The notes: generated by a model not told the origin, from the sequence alone. 64,000 bases of DNA from Longimicrobiales bacterium (GCA_035512635.1 DATKDR010000096.1:9452-73451), one strand, 5' to 3'; counted from the stretch's first letter, positions 1-12,196 are shown. Numbers and translations: made by a program.

Positions 1-169
1 TCCTCGACGGCCATCTCGGCGGCGTTCCGCATGGAGCGCCCGTACACCAGCTCGAGCGGCCCCGCGACGCCGATGACGATCGTGTCCGTGCCCCCCGCAC
101 CGCCGCCATCGCAGCCGAGCAAGGCCATGGCGCAGACGCCGACAATGAATCGAATCCGTGAGCTGAGCA
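1..169 (-). CDS. Partial (N-terminus only) periplasmic solute-binding lipoprotein, Leu/Ile/Val-binding-protein-like
   Basis: Own translation of the minus strand from ATG at 169: MLSSRIRFIVGVCAMALLGCDGGGAGGTDTIVIGVAGPLELVYGRSMRNAAEMAVE. It has a lipobox (LLGC) followed by the IVIGVAGPL..G pattern typical of type I binding proteins. The gene runs off the window and is absent from the ORF track because it is truncated. Confidence 0.45.
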
Positions 170-281
170 TCGAGTGCCTGGAGGAGGTGATCGTCATCGA
201 TCGCATGTCGTATGTAGTGTGCCGTATCCCTTGTACGATAATGCCTTCGCGACGAGCGCGCTCGTCGTCATTCCCCCCCGC

Positions 282-2216
282 CTACGGCTGCCGCACCCCG
301 TCCGCAACGTCGATTTTCGCGACCTCGAGGTCCTGCGGCTCCACCGAGACGTAGACGAGGGTGCTGCCATCCGGCGAGAGGTCGACGAACTCGGACCGGT
401 TCGGGACCTGGGTCGAGATCGTCGTCAGCCTGCGCGTGGATCGCAGATGGGGGTTCACCAGGTGCACCCCGGTGGAATCGCCCGAATCCTTCGACAGGGC
501 CAGCGCGGCGCCATCGGGCATGAACATGACGCCGTTGCGGCCGTCGGCGGGTGTGAACGGTACAGGCAGGTCGATGATGCTGTCGCCCTCCGCGCTGAAG
601 AACAGGATGCGGTCGTATTCTCGCTCGCTCCGTGTTCCGCTCGTCCGGATCGAAGCCCAGCCGCCGTCGTCCGAGCGATTCAGACGCGAGATGACACCGG
701 GTTCGGGAATCAGCTCCGCGATCACGCTCATGTCGGACAGACGGACGAGCCGCAGCGGGTCCGCGCACGTGAACATAACCAGCCAGGCTCCGAGCGCCCG
801 CCGATCCGCCTCATGGAGGACGGCACCTTCGGCTCGGCTCAGTACGGCGGTCGAGTCGCTTGCGGGCAGGAACCGCAGACAGCTCGAGCGATATGAGGAC
901 AGGCGTCGATCGGTGCCGTCGAGATAGGCAATGCCCACCTCGATCTCGAACGGGCCGCCGGTCTCCAGCTCCTCCATGATGAGCGCGTACAGAATGCCGT
1001 CCGAGCCGCTCAGCCACAGGGGCTGGATCGCCTGGCCCCGCAGGAGCTCGCGCGAGACGCCGGTCGCCAGCTCGACGGCGCGCACGGCGGTCGGATCAGC
1101 GGGCGAATAGTAGAGGATCCAGCGCCCATCGGGCGACCACGAGGTCCCGCGCGTGATCGGATGATCGAGCGGGATCGTTCGCGCGACGGAGCCATCCGGA
1201 CGGAGCAGGACTACCGCGGGGCCGCCGGGATTCGCGGCGGCGATCAGGCGACCGTCAGGGGACCAGGCGGGCGCGATCAGCTCCAGACCCGCATCCGACA
1301 GCTCGCGCACCATCAGGGAGTCGAGCTCGAGCGTGCGAAGGGCGTTTCGACGCGACCTCGAGACCAGGATCAGGTCGTGATCGCCGCGCCACGAAATCGG
1401 GTAGTCGCGCGCCTCGATGTCGAGCGTACCGAGTGGCCGTCCCTCCGCGTCGAAGACGAGCAGACGACTCGCGGTTTGCGCGACCACCAGGAATCGCCCG
1501 TCGGGTGAAAGGCCGGGATAGTTGTCCCCGAAGCCGCTGAGCAGCGTGTCCGGCGCTCCACCGTCCGTCGGTACGCGAAGCGTCAGCCGTTGCCGGCTGC
1601 GCAGCGGCGACACGCCGAAATAGATCCAGTCGCCGTCGGGGCTCCAGCCGAGCGGCCCGACGCCGCCGCGGTGCGCGCCGAGCACCCGGTGATCGGTTCC
1701 GGTCGCGCTCGCGACCGTCACCTCCTGCGTCCCGTGGTCGCCGTAGCCGGCGTACACCACATGCCGTCCGTCTGCCGATATCGCCGGCGAGTCGCCGCCG
1801 CCCGAAGAGATTCGACGCGCCGGCCCCGACGGCAGCCCGGACGCGGGGTCGAGCGGCAGCGCCATGACCGCGATCTCGTCCGCCGAATCGCGGGAGAACG
1901 CGATCAGGTCGGCCTGCCGGGACAGTGCCAGGTATGCGACGGCTCCCTCGTAGGTCTCCGGACCTTCGAAGATGCGGGTCGTCCGATCGCTGGACAGGTC
2001 GTGCAGGTGGATCGTGCCCCGCGCCGCGTAGTACAGGCGCGAGCCGTCGGCCGTGAGTACGGCTTCACCCTCGGACGGGACGCCTTCGAGGGCCACGATC
2101 TGCATCGGAGCCCAGGCGGACCCGTCCTGCCGCTCCGTCGGCTCCGGCGTCCCGCCAGGGGGCGAGCACGAGCTCGCGGCCGAGAGCAGAAAAAGGAGAG
2201 ACCGCCGGATTCTCAT
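282..2216 (-). CDS. PD40/WD40-like beta-propeller (TolB-like) lipoprotein
   Basis: 644 aa. The N-terminal signal plus Cys (LLSAASSCSPPGG) and many repeated SPDG/SADG/SWSPDG blades resemble TolB-type PD40 repeats. Confidence 0.7.
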   Translation of the reverse strand: MRIRRSLLFLLSAASSCSPPGGTPEPTERQDGSAWAPMQIVALEGVPSEGEAVLTADGSRLYYAARGTIHLHDLSSDRTTRIFEGPETYEGAVAYLALSRQADLIAFSRDSADEIAVMALPLDPASGLPSGPARRISSGGGDSPAISADGRHVVYAGYGDHGTQEVTVASATGTDHRVLGAHRGGVGPLGWSPDGDWIYFGVSPLRSRQRLTLRVPTDGGAPDTLLSGFGDNYPGLSPDGRFLVVAQTASRLLVFDAEGRPLGTLDIEARDYPISWRGDHDLILVSRSRRNALRTLELDSLMVRELSDAGLELIAPAWSPDGRLIAAANPGGPAVVLLRPDGSVARTIPLDHPITRGTSWSPDGRWILYYSPADPTAVRAVELATGVSRELLRGQAIQPLWLSGSDGILYALIMEELETGGPFEIEVGIAYLDGTDRRLSSYRSSCLRFLPASDSTAVLSRAEGAVLHEADRRALGAWLVMFTCADPLRLVRLSDMSVIAELIPEPGVISRLNRSDDGGWASIRTSGTRSEREYDRILFFSAEGDSIIDLPVPFTPADGRNGVMFMPDGAALALSKDSGDSTGVHLVNPHLRSTRRLTTISTQVPNRSEFVDLSPDGSTLVYVSVEPQDLEVAKIDVADGVRQP

Positions 2217-2230
2217 GAGAGTCGCCTCCC

Positions 2231-2272
2231 GAATACCGACTACTGAATACCGACTACTGAATACCGATTACA
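2231..2272. repeat. Tandem repeat GAATACC-GACTACT (14 nt = 2 heptads), about 3 copies
   Basis: Read directly: gaataccgactact gaataccgactact gaataccgattac. It lies in the 59-nt spacer between the PD40 gene start and the sdhB stop. Confidence 0.9.
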
Positions 2273-2275
2273 GCC

Positions 2276-3037
2276 TTAGTCGACGAGCGCGCCCTGCCTG
2301 CGCCGCCGCGCGCGCATCAGGTCGCGATTGAGCATGGCGATGAAGTCGAGGCTGATGCCCTTGGGACAGGCGTTCTCGCACGCGCCGTGGTTGGTGCAGT
2401 GGCCGAAGTGCTCGTCGTCCATCTGCGCCACCATGTGCTGCGTGCGACGGTCGCGCTCCGGCTGTCCCTGGGGCAGCAGGTTCAGGTGCGACACGTACGC
2501 GGCGGTGAACAGCATCGCGCTCGCGTTGGGGCACGCGGCGACGCACGCGCCGCACTGGATGCAGGCGGCCGCGTCGAAGGCGAGGTCCGCATTCTCCTTG
2601 GGAACCAGAATCGCGTTCGCGTCGGGCGCCGCGCCGGTGCGCACGCTGATGTAGCCGCCCGCGGCGACGATGCGATCGAGCGCCTCGCGGTCGACGATCA
2701 GATCCCGGATGACCGGGAACGCGGTCGCGCGCCACGGCTCGATCCACAGCTCGTCGCCGTCGTCGTAGTGACGCATGTGGAGCTGACAGACGGTGGTGCG
2801 AGCCGTCGGACCGTGCGCGTGGCCGTTGATCATGAAACCGCACGTCCCGCAGATGCCCTCGCGGCAGTCGTGATCGAAGGCGACGGGATCCTTCCCTTCC
2901 TCGATGAGCCGCACGTTGAGCACGTCGAGCATCTCGAGGAACGACATGTCGGGATTGACGTCGTTTACCGCATAGCGGACGAACTCGCCGCCGCTAGTCC
3001 CCTGCGCCTGCCGCCATACGTGTAGGGTCAGATTCAT
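2276..3037 (-). CDS. sdhB: Succinate dehydrogenase / fumarate reductase iron-sulfur subunit
   Basis: 253 aa. It carries 2Fe-2S ([10 protein letters not shown]), 4Fe-4S ([12 protein letters not shown]) and 3Fe-4S ([12 protein letters not shown]) cysteine motifs and lies downstream of sdhA. Confidence 0.9.
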   Translation of the reverse strand: MNLTLHVWRQAQGTSGGEFVRYAVNDVNPDMSFLEMLDVLNVRLIEEGKDPVAFDHDCREGICGTCGFMINGHAHGPTARTTVCQLHMRHYDDGDELWIEPWRATAFPVIRDLIVDREALDRIVAAGGYISVRTGAAPDANAILVPKENADLAFDAAACIQCGACVAACPNASAMLFTAAYVSHLNLLPQGQPERDRRTQHMVAQMDDEHFGHCTNHGACENACPKGISLDFIAMLNRDLMRARRRRQGALVD

Positions 3038-3144
3038 TAGGCTCTAGGCTCTAGGCCCTGGGCTCTAGGGTTTCAATTCGGCTCTCCGACAGGCCCGCTG
3101 GCTAAGCCGTACACGGCTAGAGCCTGGAGCCTAGCGCCTAGAGC

Positions 3145-3147
<3 letters not shown>
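3036..3147. repeat. Inverted pair of heptad arrays (TCTAGGC x5 / CCTAGAG x4) with a 45-nt loop
   Basis: The left arm at 3036-3070 reads ttaggc tctaggc tctaggc cctgggc tctaggg. The right arm at 3116-3147 reads gctagag cctggag cctagcg cctagag ccta. The arms are reverse complements. The sdhB ATG and the sdhA TAG stop both lie inside the arms. Confidence 0.9.
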
Positions 3148-5198
<2,051 letters not shown>

Positions 5199-5202
<4 letters not shown>

Positions 5203-5864
5203 CCGACGATCCCCGTCCACACGGCGAACGGCACGGACAGGAAGCCGAGCGTGATCGCGAGCGCGACGATCATTGCGAACGGGCGCCGCAGCCGCTTGTA
5301 GCGCTTGTTGTTCCAGCCCATGGTCTGGAAGACGCTCCAGAGGCCGTGATAGAGGTGCAGGCCCACGGCGATCATGCCGATCACGTAGATCGACGATGCC
5401 AGCGGATCGCGCATGCCGGTGACGAGATTGTGATAGGGACTGTGCGCGATGAACTGCGGATGCACGTCACCGGTCGTGAGATGCAGGATGTGGTAGACGA
5501 CGAAGAGCAGGATGGCGATGCCGCCCCACTTCATCGTGCGCGACGCGCGGCTGAACACTTCGGGATCGAACCTGCGGTAGCCGATGCGGCGCGCCGCGCG
5601 ACTCTTCGACCACAACTGCACGAATGCGACGACGTGGACGATGAGCGCGGCCAGCAGGATGATGCGGACGATCCAGAGGAGCTCCGAACGGCCGAACACC
5701 GGCGCGCCGACCGCGCGCAGGAACTCCGAGTACTCGTTGAACTTCTCTTCGCCGAAGAAGGCCTTGAGGTTGCCGATCAGGTGCAGGATGAGGTAGCCGA
5801 AGAGCACGAGACCGGCGAGGGCCATCGCGATCTTCTTGCCGATGCTCGTCGAGTAGAGCGACAC
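5199..5864 (-). CDS. sdhC: Succinate dehydrogenase cytochrome b558 membrane subunit (B. subtilis type)
   Basis: The C-terminal 221 codons of ORF 5199..6767 encode five hydrophobic helices with conserved His residues ([26 protein letters not shown]). A GTG at 5864 lies just after the mdh stop at 5891. The upstream part of the ORF-track entry overlaps mdh and is spurious. Confidence 0.8.
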
Positions 5865-5890
5865 CGGCTCCCGCGCGGCGCCGGCAGGCG

Positions 5891-6887
<997 letters not shown>

Positions 6888-6994
6888 CGCGGGTGGGGGC
6901 TTCTTCAACGCGGAGGGTCTGCCGCCACCTGCCGTGCACCTGCACGATCCACGAGCACGTGCTCGTGCTCGGGTGACTCAGCCCGCGGAGGCCG

Positions 6995-7975
6995 TCACCC
7001 GCCGACTTGCGACAGCGCCAGCAGTCCGCCGGATCCGCTGGCGCTGCCCTGCACCAGGTTGTGGCGCTCGGGCTTGATGCGGAGCGTTTCCTCGATGAGG
7101 GGCTGGATCGGCGTACCGTCGCGAAGCGGGTCGCGCAGATTGGTCTGGATGTGGCCGAACAGACACGGGCGCAGGTGGCCGTCGGCGGTGAGACGCATGC
7201 GGTTGCAGGTGTCGCAGTAATTGTGGCTCATCGGCGTGATGACGCCGACGGTGCCAGGCGCGCCCGGGAACCGCAGGTAACGCGCGGGGCCGTTGCCGCC
7301 GGGGCCCGGATCGGGGCGCAGCTCGTCGATGGCGCGCAGCCGCGCGATCATCTCGGGCGCTGGCACGTACTCGTCGGCGGACACGCCGAGGTTCTCGCCG
7401 ACGGGCATGACCTCGATGAAGCGCACGTGCCAGGGTCGTTCGCGCGTGATCGCGGCGAAGTCGGCGAGCTCGTCGTCGTTCCGTCCTCGCATGACGACGA
7501 CGTTGATCTTGATCGGCTGGAAGCCAACGCGCTCCGCGGCATCGAGTCCGTCGAGGATCGCGGGCAGCGAATCGGAGCGGCGCGCAATGGCGTCGACGCG
7601 ATCGGGGCGCAGCGAGTCGAGCGATACGTTGACGCGGTTCACGCCCGCTTCGCGCAGCTCGTCGGCCAGCGGCGCGAGCAGGACCGCGTTGGTGGAAAGC
7701 GACAGGTCGTTGATGCCGTCGATCGCGGAGATCATGCGCGCGAGCGCCGGCAGCTCACGCCGCACGAGCGGCTCGCCGCCGGTCAGTCGTACGCGGCGCA
7801 GGCCCATGCCCGCCATCACGCGCACGATCGCGGCGATCTCCTCGTAGTCGAGGATGTCCTCGCGCCTGAGCCACGGCAGCCCCTCGACCGGCATGCAGTA
7901 GACGCAGCGCAGGTTGCACTTGTCGGTGACCGAGACGCGCAGATACTCGATGCGTCGCCCGAAGCCGTCCTTCAT
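6995..7975 (-). CDS. moaA: GTP 3',8-cyclase (molybdenum cofactor biosynthesis protein A)
   Basis: It has the radical-SAM motif CNLRCVYCMP and the C-terminal cluster CDTCNRMRLTADG. The start is re-called to ATG 7975 (MKDGFGRRIEYLRVS), which overlaps the moaE stop as ATGA. Confidence 0.9.
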   Translation of the reverse strand: MKDGFGRRIEYLRVSVTDKCNLRCVYCMPVEGLPWLRREDILDYEEIAAIVRVMAGMGLRRVRLTGGEPLVRRELPALARMISAIDGINDLSLSTNAVLLAPLADELREAGVNRVNVSLDSLRPDRVDAIARRSDSLPAILDGLDAAERVGFQPIKINVVVMRGRNDDELADFAAITRERPWHVRFIEVMPVGENLGVSADEYVPAPEMIARLRAIDELRPDPGPGGNGPARYLRFPGAPGTVGVITPMSHNYCDTCNRMRLTADGHLRPCLFGHIQTNLRDPLRDGTPIQPLIEETLRIKPERHNLVQGSASGSGGLLALSQVGG

Positions 7976-8412
7976 GCGCGCTCCTCCGCCGGCTCCGGCG
8001 TCTCGCCCGGCAGCCACTCGCCGCGACCGTCCGTGTAATGCTCGCGCTTCCACACCGGCACGCGCCGCTTCACCTCCTCGATGATCCAGCGCGCGGCGTC
8101 GAAGGTCTCCGCGCGATGCGCGCTCGAGACCGCGACGGCGAGGCTGACCTCGCCGATCTCCAGCGTGCCGGTGCGGTGCACGACGGCGATGCGGTCGGTG
8201 CCCGCGCGCGTGGCGGCCTCGGCGACGATCGCCCGCAGCTCGCGCAGCGCCATGTCGCGGTACGCGTCGTAGTGGAGTCGCTCGACCGGCCGGCCGTCAT
8301 TGTGATCGCGCACGGTGCCCAGGAAGAGCAGCACGGCGCCGTCGGCTGGATCGCCCACGCACGCGTGCACCTCCTCGGGCACGATCGGATCGGGCGTCAC
8401 GTCGACGAACAC
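7972..8412 (-). CDS. moaE: Molybdopterin synthase catalytic subunit
   Basis: The conserved MoaE core reads GAVLLFLGTVRDHNDGRPVERLHYDAY...VWKREHY. The GTG start at 8412 lies 1 nt after the moaD stop. Confidence 0.85.
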   Translation of the reverse strand: MFVDVTPDPIVPEEVHACVGDPADGAVLLFLGTVRDHNDGRPVERLHYDAYRDMALRELRAIVAEAATRAGTDRIAVVHRTGTLEIGEVSLAVAVSSAHRAETFDAARWIIEEVKRRVPVWKREHYTDGRGEWLPGETPEPAEERA

Positions 8413-8413
8413 T

Positions 8414-8659
8414 TCAGCCTCCCGCGACCGGCGGCAGCAGCGCGATCTCGTCGCCGTCCGCAAGCGGCCGGTCGAGGCGGGCGTACTCCTCGTTGACCGC
8501 GACGACGGGCCGGTCGGGCAGAGCCGACCACGGGGCACCGCGCGCCCGCAGCGCGGCGACGGCCGTGCCGGCGGTTGCGCCAGGGGGCAGCTCGAGCCCG
8601 CCGTCCTCGACGCCGGTCAGATCACGATAGGATGCGAACAGGAGAAATCGGACTTGCAT
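8414..8659 (-). CDS. moaD: Molybdopterin synthase sulfur carrier subunit
   Basis: 81 aa. It has a ThiS/MoaD-like fold signature and ends in the diagnostic C-terminal Gly-Gly (PPVAGG). Confidence 0.85.
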   Translation of the reverse strand: MQVRFLLFASYRDLTGVEDGGLELPPGATAGTAVAALRARGAPWSALPDRPVVAVNEEYARLDRPLADGDEIALLPPVAGG

Positions 8660-9039
8660 ACGGGAAAGCTAGCCGCCGGCGGGCGGCCAGTCCAAGGGTG
8701 GTCGCCGCAACGGTCAGTCGGGATCGTCCGCCACACGCCGAGCACGAGCAGGATCCACGAGCACGTGCACGTCCCCGCTGCCTGCCTTGTCGCGCTTCGG
8801 CGGACCGGGCTCCAGACGTGTGGTCCTCACCCGGCATTTTCGGAGTGCTGCCATGTCCGACGCTTCATCTCGCGAGCGAAAGTTTGCCGATCGAAAGTCG
8901 GCCTGCCGGCAGCGACGCGGCATGCATCCACGGTCGGGCGCGGCCTGCGCGGAGCACAGCATACCGGTACGAAACGCGTGGAGCGCGGGCGAGCCGCGCT
9001 GGCGGCATGCGTGCCGCCAGCGGACGATGCCCGCGGCGC

Positions 9040-9612
9040 CTATGGCCTCTCCTGCCGGACGTCGGGCGGCGTGCCCCGCTCGCCACGGGGTGCGCCTCGG
9101 CGCGGCGCGCCGGACGCGCCCATCGCGCCGCTGCGCATCTCGCGCACGCGCTCGTGCATGCGAGCCTGGAGCGCCATCAGCTCCAGGCGCTGCGTGGCCG
9201 AAAGCACGTCTGCGAGCGACTGCTGCTCGGCGCGCCAGAGCTGCAGCTCGCGCTCGCGCAGCCCGGTCAGCTCGTTCAGGATGCTCTCCGCGCGGGCACG
9301 ATCGGGCGATTCGGCCCGCAGCAGCTCCGCGGCTTCGCGCCGCAGGCGCATGCCGTCCTCGGCGACCGAGCGGCGCGCCTCCGCATTCTGCCGAAGCACC
9401 GCGGCCAGCCGTGACTTCTGCGTCGCGTCCAGCTCGAGGCGCTCGGCGGCCACGTCCAGGAAGCGTGTCTCCACGCGCTCGCGCATCTCCGCCCGCTGCT
9501 CCGCCGTGGACGCGGTGCCCCGGGCGCGGCGCTGCTCGCCCTCCTGCGCCGCGAGTCCGGCCGGTAGCGCCAGCGCGAGGAGTCCCGTCAGCACGATTCG
9601 TCGTGTCGTCAT
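9040..9612 (-). CDS. Periplasmic LTXXQ-motif (Spy/CpxP-like) protein
   Basis: The start is re-called to ATG 9612, overlapping the anti-sigma stop as ATGA. The protein has a signal peptide (MTTRRIVLTGLLALALPAGLAAQ), Arg/Glu-rich helices, and two L-x-A-T-Q repeats (LDATQKSRL, LSATQRLEL). Confidence 0.55.
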   Translation of the reverse strand: MTTRRIVLTGLLALALPAGLAAQEGEQRRARGTASTAEQRAEMRERVETRFLDVAAERLELDATQKSRLAAVLRQNAEARRSVAEDGMRLRREAAELLRAESPDRARAESILNELTGLRERELQLWRAEQQSLADVLSATQRLELMALQARMHERVREMRSGAMGASGAPRRGAPRGERGTPPDVRQERP

Positions 9613-10274
9613 GTTTCCATCTCCGTCAGCAGTAGTCGCATCTCGTCGTACGTCAGCTCGTCCAGCAACACACCCCCCGCGCTCGTGCCATCGGCGCCCG
9701 GCCAGTCCCCCGGCGGTGAGCCGATGTCCATCGCGAGCGGCGGCAACGCTCCATTCCCGCCCGTGAACGCGATCGCTTCCACGTCCACCCCTTCGAGCAC
9801 GTCGTCCAGCTCCGCGTCGAGCGGCCCTGCGTCGGCGCCGAACAGCTCGTCGTTCAGAAAGGGATCCGCTTCGGCCGGTGCGGCGGTCGCGCTCGCGATC
9901 ACGTCGCCGTCGGCCGCGGCGTCCTGCCGCGCCCCTTCGGGCACGGCCACAATCAGGGCGATCATCGCGGCGGCGGCGAGGCCGGCGGCCGCGGTCCAGC
10001 GGATGGCGCGTGGCAGTGCGCGCGGCGCGCGTGCCTCGGCGAGCCGGCTGCGCCGCTCCAGCTCCGACGACACCCGCTCGGCGAGTCCCGCCGGGGCGCC
10101 GTCGCGTTCGGCAATCCGCGCCTGCACGAGCGCGTCGACGATGCCCGCTTCCGCGGCGCATGCGGCGCAGCCGGCGATATGATCCCGCAGCGCCGCTGCC
10201 TCGGCTTCGCTCGCGGTCCCGCGCGCCAGTGCCGGCAGCGCGTCGCGCACCGCCTCACATCGCATCGTCGTCAC
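9609..10274 (-). CDS. Anti-sigma factor (zf-HC2 type), single-pass membrane protein
   Basis: It has an N-terminal H-x3-C-x2-C motif (RDHIAGCAACAAE) and a central TM segment (AAAGLAAAAMIALIVAV). It lies immediately downstream of an ECF sigma gene and overlaps it. Confidence 0.65.
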   Translation of the reverse strand: MTTMRCEAVRDALPALARGTASEAEAAALRDHIAGCAACAAEAGIVDALVQARIAERDGAPAGLAERVSSELERRSRLAEARAPRALPRAIRWTAAAGLAAAAMIALIVAVPEGARQDAAADGDVIASATAAPAEADPFLNDELFGADAGPLDAELDDVLEGVDVEAIAFTGGNGALPPLAMDIGSPPGDWPGADGTSAGGVLLDELTYDEMRLLLTEMET

Positions 10275-10809
10275 CGAGCACCTCCCTCAGTCGCTTCAGT
10301 CCGTAGTGATAGTTCACGCGCGCCGCCGCCTCCGAGCAGCCGACGATCCGTCCGATCTCCGCGTAGCCCAGATCCTCCTGGATGCGGAGCGACACGCACA
10401 GCCGCTGCTTCTCCGGCAGCAACGCGAGCGCCGCGTCCGCGCGCCGTGCCTGCGACACGGCGACCGCTCGCGCTTCGGCGCCGTCACCCGCGGCGGGCGA
10501 GTCGGCCGCCACGTCGAGCGCCACCTCGCGCCGCCGGCTGCGGCGCCGGCCGATCGAGCGTGCCGCATTCACCGCAATACGCATCAGCCACGTGCGCACG
10601 CTGGAGTCGCCCCGGAACCCGCCGAGCGCCTGCATCGCGCTCACGAACGTGTCCTGCGTGGCGTCCGCCGCGGCGTCCGGATCGCGGAGCACCCGCAGGG
10701 CGGTGCGGTAGACGGCGTCGAGGTGGGCGCGAATCAGGTCTTCACGCGCTTCGACGTCGCCGGCGCGGGCTCTTTCGAGCAGGTCGGCCTCGCTGGTTTT
10801 CGGCGGCAC
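10255..10809 (-). CDS. ECF-family RNA polymerase sigma factor
   Basis: Sigma70 region 2 (LIRAHLDAVYRTALRVLRDPDAAADATQDTFVSA, RTWLMRIAVNAA) and region 4 (LGYAEIGRIVGCSEAAARVNYHYGLKRLRE) are present. The start is re-called to GTG 10809 (VPPKTSEADLLERA) because the ORF-track TTG at 10866 lies inside the upstream terminator. Confidence 0.8.
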   Translation of the reverse strand: MPPKTSEADLLERARAGDVEAREDLIRAHLDAVYRTALRVLRDPDAAADATQDTFVSAMQALGGFRGDSSVRTWLMRIAVNAARSIGRRRSRRREVALDVAADSPAAGDGAEARAVAVSQARRADAALALLPEKQRLCVSLRIQEDLGYAEIGRIVGCSEAAARVNYHYGLKRLREVLGDDDAM

Positions 10810-10864
10810 TATTGGTTGGATGACGTGAGGGCAGGATCCGTTAAATCCGGCTTCGCTTCGCGCC

Positions 10865-10902
10865 AAGAAAAGCGCGCCGATCGAATGATCCGATCGGCGC
10901 GC
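10865..10902 (-). terminator. Rho-independent terminator after the IHF/HU gene
   Basis: A perfect 12-bp stem (gcgcgccgatcg / cgatcggcgcgc, 10872-10883 and 10891-10902) has a 7-nt loop and is followed on the minus strand by UUUUCUU. Confidence 0.55.
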
Positions 10903-10934
10903 GGTATGGTACGCGGGAGCAGACAGAAAGATCT

Positions 10935-11228
10935 CTAGATGATCGTGCCGTCTCCCACCTGAGTGCGCATTTCCTTGCTCGGCTTGAAGACGGGCACCAT
11001 GCGTGAAGGCACCTTGACGGGATCGCCGGTGCGCGGGTTGCGCGCCATGCGCGTCTTGCGCTCGCGCACCTTGAACGTGCCGAAGCCGCGGATCTCGATG
11101 TGCTCGTGTTTTGCGAGCGCATTCTTGATGGCGTTGAGCAGGCCATCGACCACGAGGGCGCAGTCCTTTTTCGTGATGCCGGGCCCGATGGCCTCTGCCA
11201 CCTGCTCGACGAGATCCGCCTTGGTCAT
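10935..11228 (-). CDS. HU/IHF-family DNA-binding protein (IHF-like)
   Basis: 97 aa. It has the motifs GFGTFKVRERKTRMARNPRTGDPVKVPSRMVPVFKPSKEM. A GGAGG Shine-Dalgarno lies 5 nt upstream of the ATG. Confidence 0.85.
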   Translation of the reverse strand: MTKADLVEQVAEAIGPGITKKDCALVVDGLLNAIKNALAKHEHIEIRGFGTFKVRERKTRMARNPRTGDPVKVPSRMVPVFKPSKEMRTQVGDGTII

Positions 11229-11299
11229 TCTTCCTCCGTCTGCGGTTGCGGAATGATTGGTACCGGGGACTGCTGCTCCCGTTTGTGTGAGGTCGGCGC

Positions 11300-12196
11300 T
11301 CAGAACGCCGGCACGTACTTGATCGACGGTCCGACGATCGGCTCCCTCGCGCCGACGAGCCGTGCGAGGACGCCGGCGCGGCCGCCCAGCAGCAGCCCGA
11401 GCAGTCCCAGGCGCGGTTTGGGCGGCCGGATCACGTACGGATCCTCGCCCAGGTCGGCCATGCGGCCGACGGCGGCGATCGCGTCATCGATGTTGCCCTC
11501 CGCGTCGGCCAGGCCGTTGCCGACCGCCTGCCGTCCGGAAAAGAGCCGGCCATCGGCCATCTCGAGCACGCGCTCGCGCGGCATGTCCCGCTCCGCCGCG
11601 ACCGCGTCGACGAACTGCCCGTAGACGTCGTCGACGAGCGACGCGAGCAGCGCACGGTCCTCCTCGGTCATGTCCCGGAACGGCGAGCCGATGTCCTTGT
11701 GCTCGCTGCTCTGCACGGTCTCCATGTGGAAGCCGATGCGGTCCAGCAGCTCGCTGGCGTTCGGAAACTCCATGATCACGCCGATCGAGCCCGTGATCGA
11801 ACCGGGCAGCACGTAGATCGAGTCCGCTCCGAGGGCGACGTAGTAGCCGCCGGAGGCGCCCACGCTGCCGATCGAGGCGATGACGGGCAGCCGGTCCTCG
11901 TCGCGGATCTCGCGCAGCGTCCGGTAGATGCTCTGCGAGGGCGCGACGACGCCGCCCGGCGAATTGATCGCCACCACGAAGCCGCGCACGGTCGGATCCT
12001 GGCGCAGCCAGCGAAGCTGCTCGAGCAGCTCCTCGTCGTCCAGCAGGAGGCCGTCGATCTCGACCAGCGCGACGCGGCCGCCGAGGCCGAGGCTGGCGCC
12101 GCGTCCTACCGAGAGGACGGCCAGGGCGATGCCCGCGACGGTGACCAGCAGGAACACGCCGCCGAAAATGACGAGGAGGAGCGACCTTCGATTCAC
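11300..12196 (-). CDS. sppA: Signal peptide peptidase SppA (36K type, S49)
   Basis: It has an N-terminal TM and the S49 motifs INSPGGVVAPS and GSVGASGGYYVA. Confidence 0.85.
   Translation of the reverse strand: MNRRSLLLVIFGGVFLLVTVAGIALAVLSVGRGASLGLGGRVALVEIDGLLLDDEELLEQLRWLRQDPTVRGFVVAINSPGGVVAPSQSIYRTLREIRDEDRLPVIASIGSVGASGGYYVALGADSIYVLPGSITGSIGVIMEFPNASELLDRIGFHMETVQSSEHKDIGSPFRDMTEEDRALLASLVDDVYGQFVDAVAAERDMPRERVLEMADGRLFSGRQAVGNGLADAEGNIDDAIAAVGRMADLGEDPYVIRPPKPRLGLLGLLLGGRAGVLARLVGAREPIVGPSIKYVPAF

Noticed and set aside
31-896. Plus-strand ORFs 31-354, 174-896 and 361-927 at the left edge.
   Set aside because: They overlap the minus-strand binding-protein N-terminus and the PD40 lipoprotein gene, and they have implausible composition.
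8780-8850. Possible SRP (4.5S) RNA on the minus strand: CCCGGUCCGCCGAAGCGCGACAAGGCAGG loosely resembles GGUCCGGAAGGAAGCAGCCAAGGCAG.
   Set aside because: The GNRA tetraloop and the symmetric-loop nucleotides of SRP domain IV are not reproduced, and the flanking helix 5 pairing is not evident. I treat this as a chance resemblance within the moa leader.
10810-10864. ECF-type autoregulated promoter (…TTAAC-N14-CGTC…) upstream of the sigma factor gene.
   Set aside because: The spacing and the -35 element deviate from the GGAAC-N16/17-CGTC pattern, and the segment is only 55 nt long, directly after a terminator. The evidence is too weak to annotate.
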